IMG/VR virus record: IMGVR_UViG_3300009442_000015 | Location: 1-38,061 of that record | From: a virus | Lineage: Duplodnaviria; Caudoviricetes | DNA: 38,061 bases | Strand: one strand, 5' to 3' | Part shown: positions 24,501-33,157 of the stretch, piece after piece | Numbering within the stretch: the stretch's first letter is position 1 | Layout: each line of letters starts with the position of its first letter | Translations under genes and position numbers: made by a program | Notes under the pieces: model-generated | Told to the model about the DNA's origin: nothing | Databases searched by the model: none | What the model saw: the letters and a program-made list of their open reading frames with translations, nothing else

Positions 24501-27500
24501 CTAAAGACCTAAACTCTAAGTCGTTATCGACAAAAAGTCAAAAGGTGTATGGCGCTGTAATGAATGGTAAGCTGTACTTAAACCCAGGTCTAGAAAACTT
24601 CAACACTCCCATACATGAGTTTGGTCACATATGGCTTAACGTAGCCAAAGAGGCCAAGCCTGAGCTTTTTAAAAAGGGAATGAGCCTTATAAAAGGCACT
24701 GCGTATGAGACACAGATTAAAGAAAGCCCAGAGTATAAGAGGGTTGTAAAGCAAATGCTTAAAGACGGTGCTAGTCAAGAAACTATAGACGCATATATAC
24801 TAGAAGAGGCCTTGGCTACTGCGATTGGAGATCAGGGAGAGGCTTTTGTTACTGCAGCTCAAAAAATAAGTTTTAAAACTTGGCTACAGGACTTGTATTC
24901 TTTTGTTAAAAACATGACCGGGTTATCTCAATACTCACCTGACCAGCTAGAGAACATAACTCTTAGTGAATTTCTTAAAGGTGTTAATGTAGACTTGCTA
25001 TCGGGTAACGAAGTATTTGCTGGAGCTGAAGCTAAAGGTCTAAGTGACGCACTTCAGTTAATGACAGACTCATCTGACGAGGAGGTAAGAACATTTGTAG
25101 AGAAAGCAAGAGGTCTTGGTTACTCCGAAATAGCTATAAAGGCAGTGCTAGAAAAAAGAGGATTTGAATCTGATGTTGTGTCTGAAGCAATGTCAGGTAT
25201 CGAGGCTGACACAAAAGCCAAAATAACAGAAGACCTTGTCCCTGGTTCTGATAGTGTAAAAAAACAGATAGACAATCTTATACAAAGAATAAAAGTTAAA
25301 GCAAAAAATAATTATAAAAACAAAATGTCTGCATTCCCTTCTAGGGGGTCTACAAAAACTGTAAATCTTAAAGATGTATTTCCTAGTGCGCTTAAGCTTT
25401 TAAAAAACTCTAAAGTCTATAAAGAATCAACTGATGTTGTAAGAGAACAAGCGGTAAGAGAACTTAGAAAAGAGTTCGGGTTAAAGGAGAAGGCGTCACC
25501 ATCTAAAGCGTCTCTCGACTCTAACTTTGGTAAGGAGATAACAACAACAGATAAAAAATTATATGTTAAGAGACTAAATGACCTACAAGAAGGAGCTAAG
25601 ACCGCACAACAGGCCATGAAAGAAGCCACTAACCTGATAACTGAAAATGTTAAGGCTCTAGTTAAAAAGGGTTCTATAACAAATGCGCAGGCTCAAAGGA
25701 TATTAAATAGACTTGCCAAGGTTGATGTCCTTAATGATTCCTCTATAAATAGCTTTATGGATTATATGGCTAACGTGTATAATAAGTCCGAAAGTAAATA
25801 CAAGAATACTTTAATAAATAATATTCTTAAAAGAGTTTCTAAATCTGCAAAGAAATCAAAGTCTGTAGACGCTGACAGCCAGCAGTTCTTTGAGGTCATG
25901 AAGACTGTGCTGAATAAGGTTCTTGCAAAAGTAAATGGCAAACCCGTGAAGATTGATTCTGAAAGTATAAAAGAATCTTTATTTCCTGATATTGACACAA
26001 TACTTCAGAAAGACTTTTCAGAATTAACAAACAAAGAAAAGTCTCAGCTATATGCTTCAGAGATATTTGAGTCTGTAGATGGCCTTAGAGACATGAGCCT
26101 TGAACAGGTTGAGCAATTACTAGAAGACGTTAAAAGAGGTCAAGAGGGTGGCCGCTTGGAGCTTAAGAAAAAACTTGACGCGTTCAGAGCTGAGGTTAAA
26201 GAAGTTCAGAATCAAGCTGACAAAAATATTGAGGATGGCTACTCGGAGCTTTTTGACGGCGGCAAGCCAAAGGATAAAAATCAACTAGATGCTGATAGAG
26301 ATGCTAGGCGCATTAAATTATTTGGCGAAGGTCTAGGTGATGCTATAAATAAATACGCTAAGGAGTTTTCTTATACTAAGGTGGGAAAGATGATTCAATC
26401 TATAGGTAATAACTTAAAGCACTTGGGCACACTTGCCAACGGCCTTGATAAGGCTGGTTCCTTTTTCAAAAAGAATGTATACGACGCCCTCAATAGAATG
26501 GAGAGTGCGTACACAAAGGGGCTTCAAGGAACTCGATCCAAGATGGACGAAATAGCAAAGACTATTGACGGCATAAACAGCTATAAGGATATTAAAAGAA
26601 AGCTTGCTACAGGTGTCCATAAAATAACAGGTCTTAAGACTTCAAGAGGCGTATCTCTTTCTAGCGTCGAGTTTAACGCAGACCAACTCATGAGGCTGTA
26701 TGCCCTTAGTAAGAATGAGATTCAACGTAAAAAGCTACTCGCTCAAGGGCTTACTGATAAGAAACTAAAGGAAATTGAGGCTATTTTAGGCAAAGAAGTA
26801 GTTGAGTTTGTTAACAAGACTGTAGAATACTTAAGCACAGAATACTTTGAAAAAACTAATGATGTTTACTCTGATGTTAACAATGTAAACCTAGGGTATG
26901 TGGATGACTACTTTCCAACTCAAACCATTCAAACTAAAGTTAATGCTGACTTACTAGAGAATGGAGACTTTAGCGGTGTGTTTAATGCTCAGACCGCTCC
27001 CGCTTTAAAAGAGAGGGTTGACCTAACGGGAGATGTAGACCTTAGAGGCTCAGACTTTACCTCAACTCTTGAAAATCACTTTGAAACTATTGAGAGGTAT
27101 AAGGCATATGCTAAGGGAGTTAAGAAGATGAACTCTATATTTAAGTTTAAGTCTGTTAATACTCTGCTAAACGAGAGCGGCCTTAACAGTGCTGTAAAGA
27201 ACGCAATAAACTACGCTGTTAATCCTAATGGTGGGAAGTCTGCAATTCAAGCAAATTTAATTGACAACTTCATGACTAAGTATACAGGTTTTGCCCTAGC
27301 CTTTAAGGCTGTTCAAATCCTTAAGCAGTCTACGTCTTTTGTAAACGCTTTTGAAGACTATTCCTACAGAGGTAAAGGAAAATCAAAAATTCCAGGGCTT
27401 GACCTTCTGATGTTTATGGTTGACGGAGCTAAAGTTGCAGTCACCATGCCTTCACAGATTAAAAAAGCTTGGAATATGTCTCCAATGTTTCAAGAACGTC

Positions 27501-28681
27501 TACTTAAAGGTCTAGAAGGAGATGTGTATGGTCTTGAGACAGGCTCGGTAACTTATAAGCCCGCATCTCAGTCGCAAAAAAATAGAGCCTTTAAAATGTT
27601 AAAAGCCGCGGCTGGTAGCCCTACTGTATTTGGTGACATACTTGGAGTTATGGGGTATATGATTAACTACAACAGAGACATCGCTAATGGAATGAGTGAG
27701 GCTGATGCTCTTGCAAAGTTTGAAGACTATAATGCCACTCAGCAATCAAGGCGAAGCACTGACAAGATACCTTTGCAGATGAATAGCAACTCCTTAGTTC
27801 GGGGTTTTACCATGTTCGGAAGCACGCTATTCTTGCAGATGAATAAGGTTATGCAGTCAACAACCAATATATTAAGGTCGATAAGCAAGAGAGAGAACCC
27901 ATCGGCTAAAAGCGTTAGAGGCCTTGTCCTTAATCTTGGAGTAGCTAACGTAATGTTTGCATTAGCGGCCAACATATCTAAGTTTATTAAAGGAGAAGAC
28001 GAAGATAGGGAAGAGGCCTTAGCTAAGATGAAGGAAGCAATGATGGGTCTTAATCTTATATATCAGATTCCTTATTTCGGAGCTGCCGCTGAAGAGGCGA
28101 TTAATAAGATGACCGGCAAGGGAGGTAGACCAGTTGACTCTGTGGTAAATCCTTTTAGTTCATTATCAAGAAAGTTTACTAGACTAGCTAAGTTGTCAAA
28201 GAAAGAGAAGGATGATGGTCAGTCTAAGTCTTTAAGTAGCGCTGTAAGGGTTCTAGTTGAGATTCTATTAGGTGTTCAGTTTGATCCATTTATTGGACTT
28301 TCAAACTTTTTCCAAGGAGACTTTAGTGAAGATAATGTATACGATGTCCTTGGAATTAGTTCTTCATATAGACCTAAAGCTAAATCTGATTCTCAAATAA
28401 GAAAAGAGAAGCTGGGTCAGTATGATAATGAGACCGATATGAAAAGGTATGATAGGGGCTTATGGGAAAGAACATTTGGCTCTCAGTCCGAAGGCTATAA
28501 AGAAAGAGAGGCGATTAAAGAGGAAAAGAAACAGGAGGCTAAAAGGAAGAGAGAAATGAAAGACCTTGAGTATAATTACAAAACCCCTCCTAAACGATCA
28601 AGAAAGTCTGGGTCAGGCAGTAGTTTCTTTGGCTCTGGGAAGTCTAAATCTAAAAAGTCTAGAAATAGTTTTTTTAATTAA
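21584..28681 (+). CDS. Giant ejection / polyvalent protein with TM-like Gly-Ala region and zincin metallopeptidase motif
   Basis: 2365 aa. Gly/Ala hydrophobic hairpin at about 22200-22700; TPIHEFGHIW (HEFGH at 24614-24628) with downstream EEALA (about 24803); helical C-terminal domain. Confidence 0.75.
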   Translation: MNELEKLWNVLSRDGFYTKSFDEFANQTQDKSYQDKVYGVAEREGYFTKGQEAFNEKYFLGQDPLKKKEDSELPSTPPQDGMESTAQEVEVSGTSAGSAPQSGEKDTLIERVVGKNIPIVSGFADFVGDIYRSAEQGYVQGNTADESYDLMFKGANTSEKDIEEFLAAQEELASMGQTDEMKRFNEVYDESGGGLFGFIKGLSTAPISLMAQLAAQTTAQMVNKASAGAVGATVGTGATAGAVGGSAFGGIGAIPGAIGGAISSLPFAFGASGAALETGISFSEFLREEVEAKGLDFNKENISIVLNDADALRRIRTKSAGRGAIIGIIDRYSAGLGGKYIGKLAAKGAGKGKRAAVALGAESVGGGVGETAARLFAGQDLDAREIGFETIGGAGKAPLTYAYGKLVKPAQYFINGEQVGLDIYTESLNADDKSFAGTTFDVKNDPELKNQTEERKERLRSQSEINKAKLKAESDAIQESSTESVDVQEQTTVSETMGEGDTQEQTVTEEVEQEFTEPSGEAQVETTPEIEAEIESLEQALPEQANNNVDAQLQLDTEVTPKKKKTALVQEAVEMMEDPTNQTKLEEEAFDATNPAPNVKTYQIDVKENSKLAAKVKRMGLSELIGKRVNLVMADQLKVGEVKVGNKKLKRMGGPFFPMMEEMFGKVAWASIDEVAAKKIINGAIKSDFSVVYNMSPSAVDSNVAILETFVESVNGLDSDTQDKVFELMSEKLKTQEFKKSSVEKVRGIANSAKNINEMMSLISGLDVDTKADIMKKLVPSKNVQAETQLGGILQQNKITIEDIRDLNIEQFASDLPAGALTTVLQVTDKQGNPITKETASEAILTRDQQEAEGLPKHENYPVYIRGKAVGLLKETVPFWNMYKSSMSSLNAKAAGLVKKKVAATKTKPASKRNITSKEARSNEMRSASMSASQSRKLSSPETTTNKKFVSLLQRAFPNVEVMSSQEDFDALTKDLNSKSLSTKSQKVYGAVMNGKLYLNPGLENFNTPIHEFGHIWLNVAKEAKPELFKKGMSLIKGTAYETQIKESPEYKRVVKQMLKDGASQETIDAYILEEALATAIGDQGEAFVTAAQKISFKTWLQDLYSFVKNMTGLSQYSPDQLENITLSEFLKGVNVDLLSGNEVFAGAEAKGLSDALQLMTDSSDEEVRTFVEKARGLGYSEIAIKAVLEKRGFESDVVSEAMSGIEADTKAKITEDLVPGSDSVKKQIDNLIQRIKVKAKNNYKNKMSAFPSRGSTKTVNLKDVFPSALKLLKNSKVYKESTDVVREQAVRELRKEFGLKEKASPSKASLDSNFGKEITTTDKKLYVKRLNDLQEGAKTAQQAMKEATNLITENVKALVKKGSITNAQAQRILNRLAKVDVLNDSSINSFMDYMANVYNKSESKYKNTLINNILKRVSKSAKKSKSVDADSQQFFEVMKTVLNKVLAKVNGKPVKIDSESIKESLFPDIDTILQKDFSELTNKEKSQLYASEIFESVDGLRDMSLEQVEQLLEDVKRGQEGGRLELKKKLDAFRAEVKEVQNQADKNIEDGYSELFDGGKPKDKNQLDADRDARRIKLFGEGLGDAINKYAKEFSYTKVGKMIQSIGNNLKHLGTLANGLDKAGSFFKKNVYDALNRMESAYTKGLQGTRSKMDEIAKTIDGINSYKDIKRKLATGVHKITGLKTSRGVSLSSVEFNADQLMRLYALSKNEIQRKKLLAQGLTDKKLKEIEAILGKEVVEFVNKTVEYLSTEYFEKTNDVYSDVNNVNLGYVDDYFPTQTIQTKVNADLLENGDFSGVFNAQTAPALKERVDLTGDVDLRGSDFTSTLENHFETIERYKAYAKGVKKMNSIFKFKSVNTLLNESGLNSAVKNAINYAVNPNGGKSAIQANLIDNFMTKYTGFALAFKAVQILKQSTSFVNAFEDYSYRGKGKSKIPGLDLLMFMVDGAKVAVTMPSQIKKAWNMSPMFQERLLKGLEGDVYGLETGSVTYKPASQSQKNRAFKMLKAAAGSPTVFGDILGVMGYMINYNRDIANGMSEADALAKFEDYNATQQSRRSTDKIPLQMNSNSLVRGFTMFGSTLFLQMNKVMQSTTNILRSISKRENPSAKSVRGLVLNLGVANVMFALAANISKFIKGEDEDREEALAKMKEAMMGLNLIYQIPYFGAAAEEAINKMTGKGGRPVDSVVNPFSSLSRKFTRLAKLSKKEKDDGQSKSLSSAVRVLVEILLGVQFDPFIGLSNFFQGDFSEDNVYDVLGISSSYRPKAKSDSQIRKEKLGQYDNETDMKRYDRGLWERTFGSQSEGYKEREAIKEEKKQEAKRKREMKDLEYNYKTPPKRSRKSGSGSSFFGSGKSKSKKSRNSFFN
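23007..23186 (+). CDS. Nested +1-frame 59-aa basic protein MPFKSQAQRAWMYKNKPQLAKQWEKETPKNKPLQKKLSKSSQSLAGKPKSRRRLRLRPR
   Basis: ATG 23007 to TAG 23186, wholly inside the giant gene. Resembles, from memory, small stand-alone phage proteins beginning MPFKS.AQR..M. Confidence 0.55.
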   Translation: MPFKSQAQRAWMYKNKPQLAKQWEKETPKNKPLQKKLSKSSQSLAGKPKSRRRLRLRPR

Positions 28682-28716
28682 AAAAGGGAGCGTTTAAACG
28701 CCCCCTCTTTATTTTT
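28680..28716. terminator. Bidirectional terminator where the two arms converge, GTTTAAAC-centred
   Basis: A6-GGGAGCGTTTAAACGCCCCC-TCTTTATTTTT. Confidence 0.8.
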
Positions 28717-28783
28717 ACATCAACATACAGTTCATCGCTGAACTCCTAATATATATCCCGAACTGCGGTACAGCCGATGCAAA
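28714..28783 (-). ncRNA. Candidate structured RNA element
   Basis: On the minus strand UUUGCAUCGGC pairs with GUUGAUGUAAA (11 bp, three G-U pairs) and encloses an AGUUCA-GCGA-UGAACU GNRA hairpin. Confidence 0.35.
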
Positions 28784-28793
28784 GTCAATATTT

Positions 28794-28958
28794 TTAAGGA
28801 ACGGGTTGAATAGAAATATTTTTAACAGCGACATTTTCACTTATATTAGATATGAAGGTACTAGCGTCTTCTTTGTCTTCAAAAGTTTTTTCCTTTAATT
28901 CCCAATAAGCTTTAGGATCTAGCTGTCTGTACAACATATACCTGACTGTGTACTTCAC
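28794..28958 (-). CDS. Hypothetical protein, 54 aa (MKYTVRYMLYRQLDPKAYWELKEKTF...)
   Basis: GTG start overlaps the upstream stop (GTGA). Not in the ORF track. Confidence 0.6.
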   Translation of the reverse strand: MKYTVRYMLYRQLDPKAYWELKEKTFEDKEDASTFISNISENVAVKNISIQPVP

Positions 28959-29101
28959 GTAGTTGTCTGGACGTAGTTGATTGGGTTCTTAGACTCCGGG
29001 TGAAGTTCATTATACTTTTTCTTTAACCGAGCGACATCCTCGTCTGTTACATAACCATAAGTCTTATACCTATTGTATAAAACGTCAATTGCTTCTTCCA
29101 T
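28955..29101 (-). CDS. Hypothetical protein, 48 aa (MEEAIDVLYNRYKTYGYV...)
   Basis: A-rich start context; coupled to the next ORF. Confidence 0.55.
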   Translation of the reverse strand: MEEAIDVLYNRYKTYGYVTDEDVARLKKKYNELHPESKNPINYVQTTT

Positions 29102-29115
29102 TGTATTTAATTTAA

Positions 29116-29208
29116 TTATTCAAAGACTTTTGAGCAAAGCCGTATTAGAGAGAGCCAAAATAATATATTAATTCCAATTAATAACAAAAACCTTAACTTT
29201 TTTTTCAT
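29116..29208 (-). CDS. 30-aa single-TM micro-protein MKKKLRFLLLIGINILFWLSLIRLCSKVFE
   Basis: Starts 1 nt after the phosphoesterase stop; basic N-terminus and a hydrophobic span. Confidence 0.5.
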   Translation of the reverse strand: MKKKLRFLLLIGINILFWLSLIRLCSKVFE

Positions 29209-29209
29209 C

Positions 29210-30247
29210 TTAAAACAAGTGAGTTAGTCGAGCAACTTGCCCGTGTTCTGGGTGGTGAATAAAGCCTTCTACCGCCTTTGGTGAGTGTTGATACCCATTC
29301 CTATGATGCCAAGAGTCAGTTCCGCTAGGGCTTCTTAAACTCTCTACAGTGACTCCTATGTAGTCTTTAGACACCTTGTGGTGAACGTGGTGCGTGTAAA
29401 CGTATCTATGCTTTGTGGTTGCCCAATTCTGTGGCGACTCTTGAGCCATTAGCAACGGGAGATCTTGAGACTTTGCTCCATCACCATGTGTCGTGCCAAT
29501 TAAATTGTTGTGGTATTTTAAATATTTTCTGTGAGATATAGAGCAATCAAACTTTATGTTTGGGCTCTTTCTGAACCAGCTTTGAATGACGTCTGCCAAA
29601 AAGAATCCGTTGGTATAGTCGTGGTTTGAGGGATTAAAAACAAAGTCTACGTCCGCAACGCCAAGTAAGTGCTCTATGACTTCTACATATAGCTTTTTAG
29701 CTATTAAGAAATTATTATACCACATGCCATCAGTGTCTTGAGGAGTTCCAGCCGTTGTAGTCCTCTTGGGTGTGTCTATGTGAAGCACGTCGTTCCCTCC
29801 TATAAAAACTATCTTATCAATATTAAATCCAGAAGCCTTATCTAAAATACCCTGGACTCCCTCAATTACCCTAGCTACAGCTATCTGTGTATTGTAGTCT
29901 TCACCGCTCTCAAAAGATGTACATAGTTTACCGATATGAATATCTGCAGGATCTATAACTAAACAGTGAGGGTCTAATGATTTTTTCCTCTCTATATTTT
30001 TATATGTAGGCGAGTAGTTGTCGAGCTCCTCTAGAAGTTCTTTCCGGACTTCGCTATAAGATATAGTGTCTTTTTTTACATGAAGAGAAAAGCTTTTGCC
30101 TTTATACCAATAGTGATTTACATTCTCTAAGGGGATACCAACATCTTCGCACTCGTCTTGTAAGGCCCTATGCTCTAAAATAAGTTTGTATTCGTCCTCT
30201 TTAAGGCGAATCCTTGGAATAACAACTTCTGGAGTTTCTTTATCCAC
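29210..30247 (-). CDS. Calcineurin-like metallophosphoesterase
   Basis: Motifs ADIHIG, GGND, SNHD, HGD and HHVHH in canonical order. Confidence 0.85.
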   Translation of the reverse strand: MDKETPEVVIPRIRLKEDEYKLILEHRALQDECEDVGIPLENVNHYWYKGKSFSLHVKKDTISYSEVRKELLEELDNYSPTYKNIERKKSLDPHCLVIDPADIHIGKLCTSFESGEDYNTQIAVARVIEGVQGILDKASGFNIDKIVFIGGNDVLHIDTPKRTTTAGTPQDTDGMWYNNFLIAKKLYVEVIEHLLGVADVDFVFNPSNHDYTNGFFLADVIQSWFRKSPNIKFDCSISHRKYLKYHNNLIGTTHGDGAKSQDLPLLMAQESPQNWATTKHRYVYTHHVHHKVSKDYIGVTVESLRSPSGTDSWHHRNGYQHSPKAVEGFIHHPEHGQVARLTHLF

Positions 30248-30425
30248 GCTCTAATGTTTCTATAACGTCTTGTAAGCGACTTACAATGCTTTTAGCCGCA
30301 ACTATAGCGTGATCTGACTCTGAGTCCATTAAAGATTCGTAGAGGTCGTCATTCAATGAGTTTAGCTCCTTCATTAACGTGTTAATGTATATCACTTGAG
30401 GGTTTACTAAACGGCTGAAAGGCAT
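30240..30425 (-). CDS. Hypothetical helical protein
   Basis: Probable start MPFSRL at 30425; overlaps the next start. Confidence 0.55.
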   Translation of the reverse strand: MPFSRLVNPQVIYINTLMKELNSLNDDLYESLMDSESDHAIVAAKSIVSRLQDVIETLERG

Positions 30426-30429
30426 TGTG

Positions 30430-30663
30430 TTACAATTTATCCATTGAAGATAAGAATCTTTCTCCAATTTCCCTATCTATTTTTTTAATATTATTGTAAA
30501 TTTTTCTTGACTTTCGCTTCACTCTATCTCTATCTCTCTGCGTAGAGTCAGCTCCTAAGTTACTATACATGATGGCATCTACGTGAAGCAAGTAATCAAT
30601 CTTGCATTTATTACACCATCTTTTCTCTAGCACTTCTTCGATATTTTCAAACAGATATTCCAT
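30430..30663 (-). CDS. Hypothetical phage protein, 77 aa
   Basis: Packed ORF containing YSNLGADST...SRKIY..IKKID. Confidence 0.6.
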   Translation of the reverse strand: MEYLFENIEEVLEKRWCNKCKIDYLLHVDAIMYSNLGADSTQRDRDRVKRKSRKIYNNIKKIDREIGERFLSSMDKL

Positions 30664-31162
30664 TAAGAAATTTATTAATTAAACCATTGGCAAGCTCCGA
30701 ATCATCACTAAACTGATGCTCTATTCTATTGAATAAATCTTTAAAAGGTTGCCCCTTGCGTTCCATTGTGTCTATGCTTTTTTGAAGAACATTCACTTGC
30801 AAAGTTAATAATTTTATTTTTTGTTTTAATAAAAAGTTTTGTTCAGCTAATTCATCTTCAGGAAGATACGCCTCAAATGTCTTGTTGTAAGAGTCAACCA
30901 AGCTCAACGCTTCGTTATATTTGTTCCTAAAGCAATTGTCTATCTCTATCCAATCTCTAGCATTTTTAACTCCATTTATTACAGAGGCGTGAGTCCTGTT
31001 TGTCTTTTTCCCAATCGTCTGTAAGTGTTTTTTATAAACATCTCTCATGAGTTTATAAAACACGGCCCTTGCCTCGACATAAGGTCGCTGACGAGTTTCC
31101 GTAACTAGCTTTAAACCAAAGACTTTGTTTACAATAGCCTCTGTGTTATCCCATTCTTTCAT
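30647..31162 (-). CDS. DnaA C-terminal-like HTH protein with coiled coil
   Basis: TRQRPYVEARAVFYKLMR...LQTIGKKTNRTHASVINGVK resembles the DnaA domain IV signature (R..AR...IG..F.RDHTTV). Confidence 0.75.
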   Translation of the reverse strand: MKEWDNTEAIVNKVFGLKLVTETRQRPYVEARAVFYKLMRDVYKKHLQTIGKKTNRTHASVINGVKNARDWIEIDNCFRNKYNEALSLVDSYNKTFEAYLPEDELAEQNFLLKQKIKLLTLQVNVLQKSIDTMERKGQPFKDLFNRIEHQFSDDSELANGLINKFLNGISV

Positions 31163-31475
31163 CTAAGTAGCAATTTGAATTAATTAAATCTAAGTAGTTA
31201 TCTAAATATATTTCTTTTAGCTTGTAAAAAGTAACCATCCCCGAATCATCTCTGTATGCCTCTACAGTAAAGTAAAAGGGGTTATCTGGGTTGTCGTCAA
31301 TGACACAACCTAGCGTTTGTATCTCGTAATCATTATGTTTGATTTGAGATATTGTTCTATCTAAGAACTTGGCGATTCTAACTATCAGGTGTACGCTATA
31401 ATACTTTACCTGGAGCAAGAACTCATCGTCTAGTATATATCCCCTATCCTCTGAAGACCTCTGTAGTAATACCAT
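31146..31475 (-). CDS. Hypothetical protein
   Basis: 109-aa ORF overlapping both neighbours; start uncertain. Confidence 0.55.
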   Translation of the reverse strand: MVLLQRSSEDRGYILDDEFLLQVKYYSVHLIVRIAKFLDRTISQIKHNDYEIQTLGCVIDDNPDNPFYFTVEAYRDDSGMVTFYKLKEIYLDNYLDLINSNCYLDERMG

Positions 31476-31683
31476 GGTTTTCTAATTCTTTTAATCTGTA
31501 CTCTTGTAAAACAGAAAGCTTACCCTTTGGAGTTTTGACCTCTGAGAATATCACTCCACAGTCTGCGGGAATTGCAATCAAATCTGGAATACCATTCTTA
31601 TTAGTCTTGATCAGCTTCAGAACATAATAGCCGTCAGCTTCAAGCTGTTTGATTCTTTTGTTCTGTATTGCTTGTTCTGTCAT
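31444..31683 (-). CDS. VRR-NUC family nuclease (Holliday-junction-resolvase-like)
   Basis: E..IQ...GIPDL...FSEVKTPKGKLS.LQ PD-(D/E)XK signature. Confidence 0.85.
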   Translation of the reverse strand: MTEQAIQNKRIKQLEADGYYVLKLIKTNKNGIPDLIAIPADCGVIFSEVKTPKGKLSVLQEYRLKELENHGITTEVFRG

Positions 31684-31709
31684 GCTTGTAAATTTAATGT
31701 TTTAAATAA

Positions 31710-31916
31710 TTAAAAATACAGACCGAAGCTTAATCTTTTTATTTTTGCTCGCTTAACATTTCTTTTAAGCATATCAGACAATGTTCTGTCTTTGATACCT
31801 AAATTAATAGCATATTCCTTTATCTCTTTTCTTTGTAGTGGAAGTTTAGATGAATTAATGAATTTAATAATGCTTTTTTCTTTTGTCAAATTGTAATCGT
31901 AATCTCTATAGTCCAT
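31710..31916 (-). CDS. Small basic winged-helix-like protein
   Basis: 68 aa; helix-helix-helix pattern ending in IKRLSFGLYF, like a wHTH wing. Confidence 0.45.
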   Translation of the reverse strand: MDYRDYDYNLTKEKSIIKFINSSKLPLQRKEIKEYAINLGIKDRTLSDMLKRNVKRAKIKRLSFGLYF

Positions 31917-31927
31917 GGTGTTTAATA

Positions 31928-33157
31928 TTAAGTTAATAAATCTTTTTTGAAGTGACTCAAGGTGTAGTCCTTCTTTTTTGTTACAGCCTTATATATGTCT
32001 GATTCAATACCTCCCTTGGCAAAAATCCAATAGACATTATTTCTTAATCGATCTTTGGTTGTCATTCTATCTCTTGATTGCCAGTAGCTTGTGGCACTAA
32101 AGTCAATGTTATAATACACTAAAGACTCTGCCATCCGCAAAGAAATACCCTCTCGACCAGACACAATCTGTAAGGCAATAGACTTGTCTGTAGTGTCAAA
32201 CTCCTCTACAGACTCAGTCAACTTATCTTTAAATACAGACTTCAAAGCGTTGAGTTCTTCCTTAAACTTGTAGAAGATACCAATCTTTTGATTGGTGAAC
32301 TTATCTTTTATGAACCTAGCCTTTGTATCATCTATCACTTTAGAGTTTCCGCTTTCAAACTTTACTGTCCCGGAAGATAACTGGTGAATCTTCATCATTA
32401 ACTTAACTGCGGTGTCTGCCAAAATAACCTCCTCCTTGCCTTCAACCACTAATTTCGCCTTTAATTGATTCATAATAGCATAAGTGTAGGGCTGAAGTGA
32501 TACTTCAAGTACCTTTTCTGTCGTCTCTACGACAAATCCTGCCTCCTCTTGGCTATATGAGATGGTGTAGGGGGCCATAACGTCTAAAATATGCCTTAAT
32601 CCACCCCCATAATCCTTAATTTCGTATCCGTTTATACGTTTTGAAGTTAATTTTACATAGTCTTGAGCAAAGGCATAGAAGTTTCTGTACTTAGAAAAAG
32701 GGTTATTAGCAATCCCATATACTTGATGATACATTTGACTATAAGACTCTGGGGTTGGGGTTCCAGACAAAAGTATTACCCTCGCTTTTGTTCTATAAAT
32801 TAGTTTATTTAAATCCTTTGCCCTCTTGCTGGGCTTAGGGAACGCCCCCATACCATGAGCCTCGTCAGCAATTATAATATCCCATTTTATATTTGGGAGC
32901 TTATGCATACTCTCGTAGTTGATAACAGAGATATTATAATCAGGATTAAGCAAGCCATAATCATGCTCAATACTAGAGATGGCTTTTTTCTTGGTCAAGA
33001 ACAAAACATTCTTGGCCCCTAGTTTTTGAGCAATGCCTAAACTCGTTAAAGTTTTCCCGGTTCTAACCTCCATTGCTAGATAAACAAAACCCTTGCGTAA
33101 AAGGACAGAAGACCCCTTGTCAATAATGTCTTTTTGATAGGGTCTAAGCTCTAACAC
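31928..33157 (-). CDS. Superfamily 2 (SNF2-like) helicase
   Basis: Q motif LRPYQ, Walker A VRTGKT, DEAH, SGTP, GREGISL and QSRDR. Confidence 0.9.
   Translation of the reverse strand: MLELRPYQKDIIDKGSSVLLRKGFVYLAMEVRTGKTLTSLGIAQKLGAKNVLFLTKKKAISSIEHDYGLLNPDYNISVINYESMHKLPNIKWDIIIADEAHGMGAFPKPSKRAKDLNKLIYRTKARVILLSGTPTPESYSQMYHQVYGIANNPFSKYRNFYAFAQDYVKLTSKRINGYEIKDYGGGLRHILDVMAPYTISYSQEEAGFVVETTEKVLEVSLQPYTYAIMNQLKAKLVVEGKEEVILADTAVKLMMKIHQLSSGTVKFESGNSKVIDDTKARFIKDKFTNQKIGIFYKFKEELNALKSVFKDKLTESVEEFDTTDKSIALQIVSGREGISLRMAESLVYYNIDFSATSYWQSRDRMTTKDRLRNNVYWIFAKGGIESDIYKAVTKKKDYTLSHFKKDLLT

Noticed and set aside
1003-27975. Many short antisense ORFs in the track (e.g. 12101-12430, 16324-16635, 22216-22635, 23014-23226)
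   Set aside because: They are shadows of long sense genes, with no independent start context or recognisable motifs.
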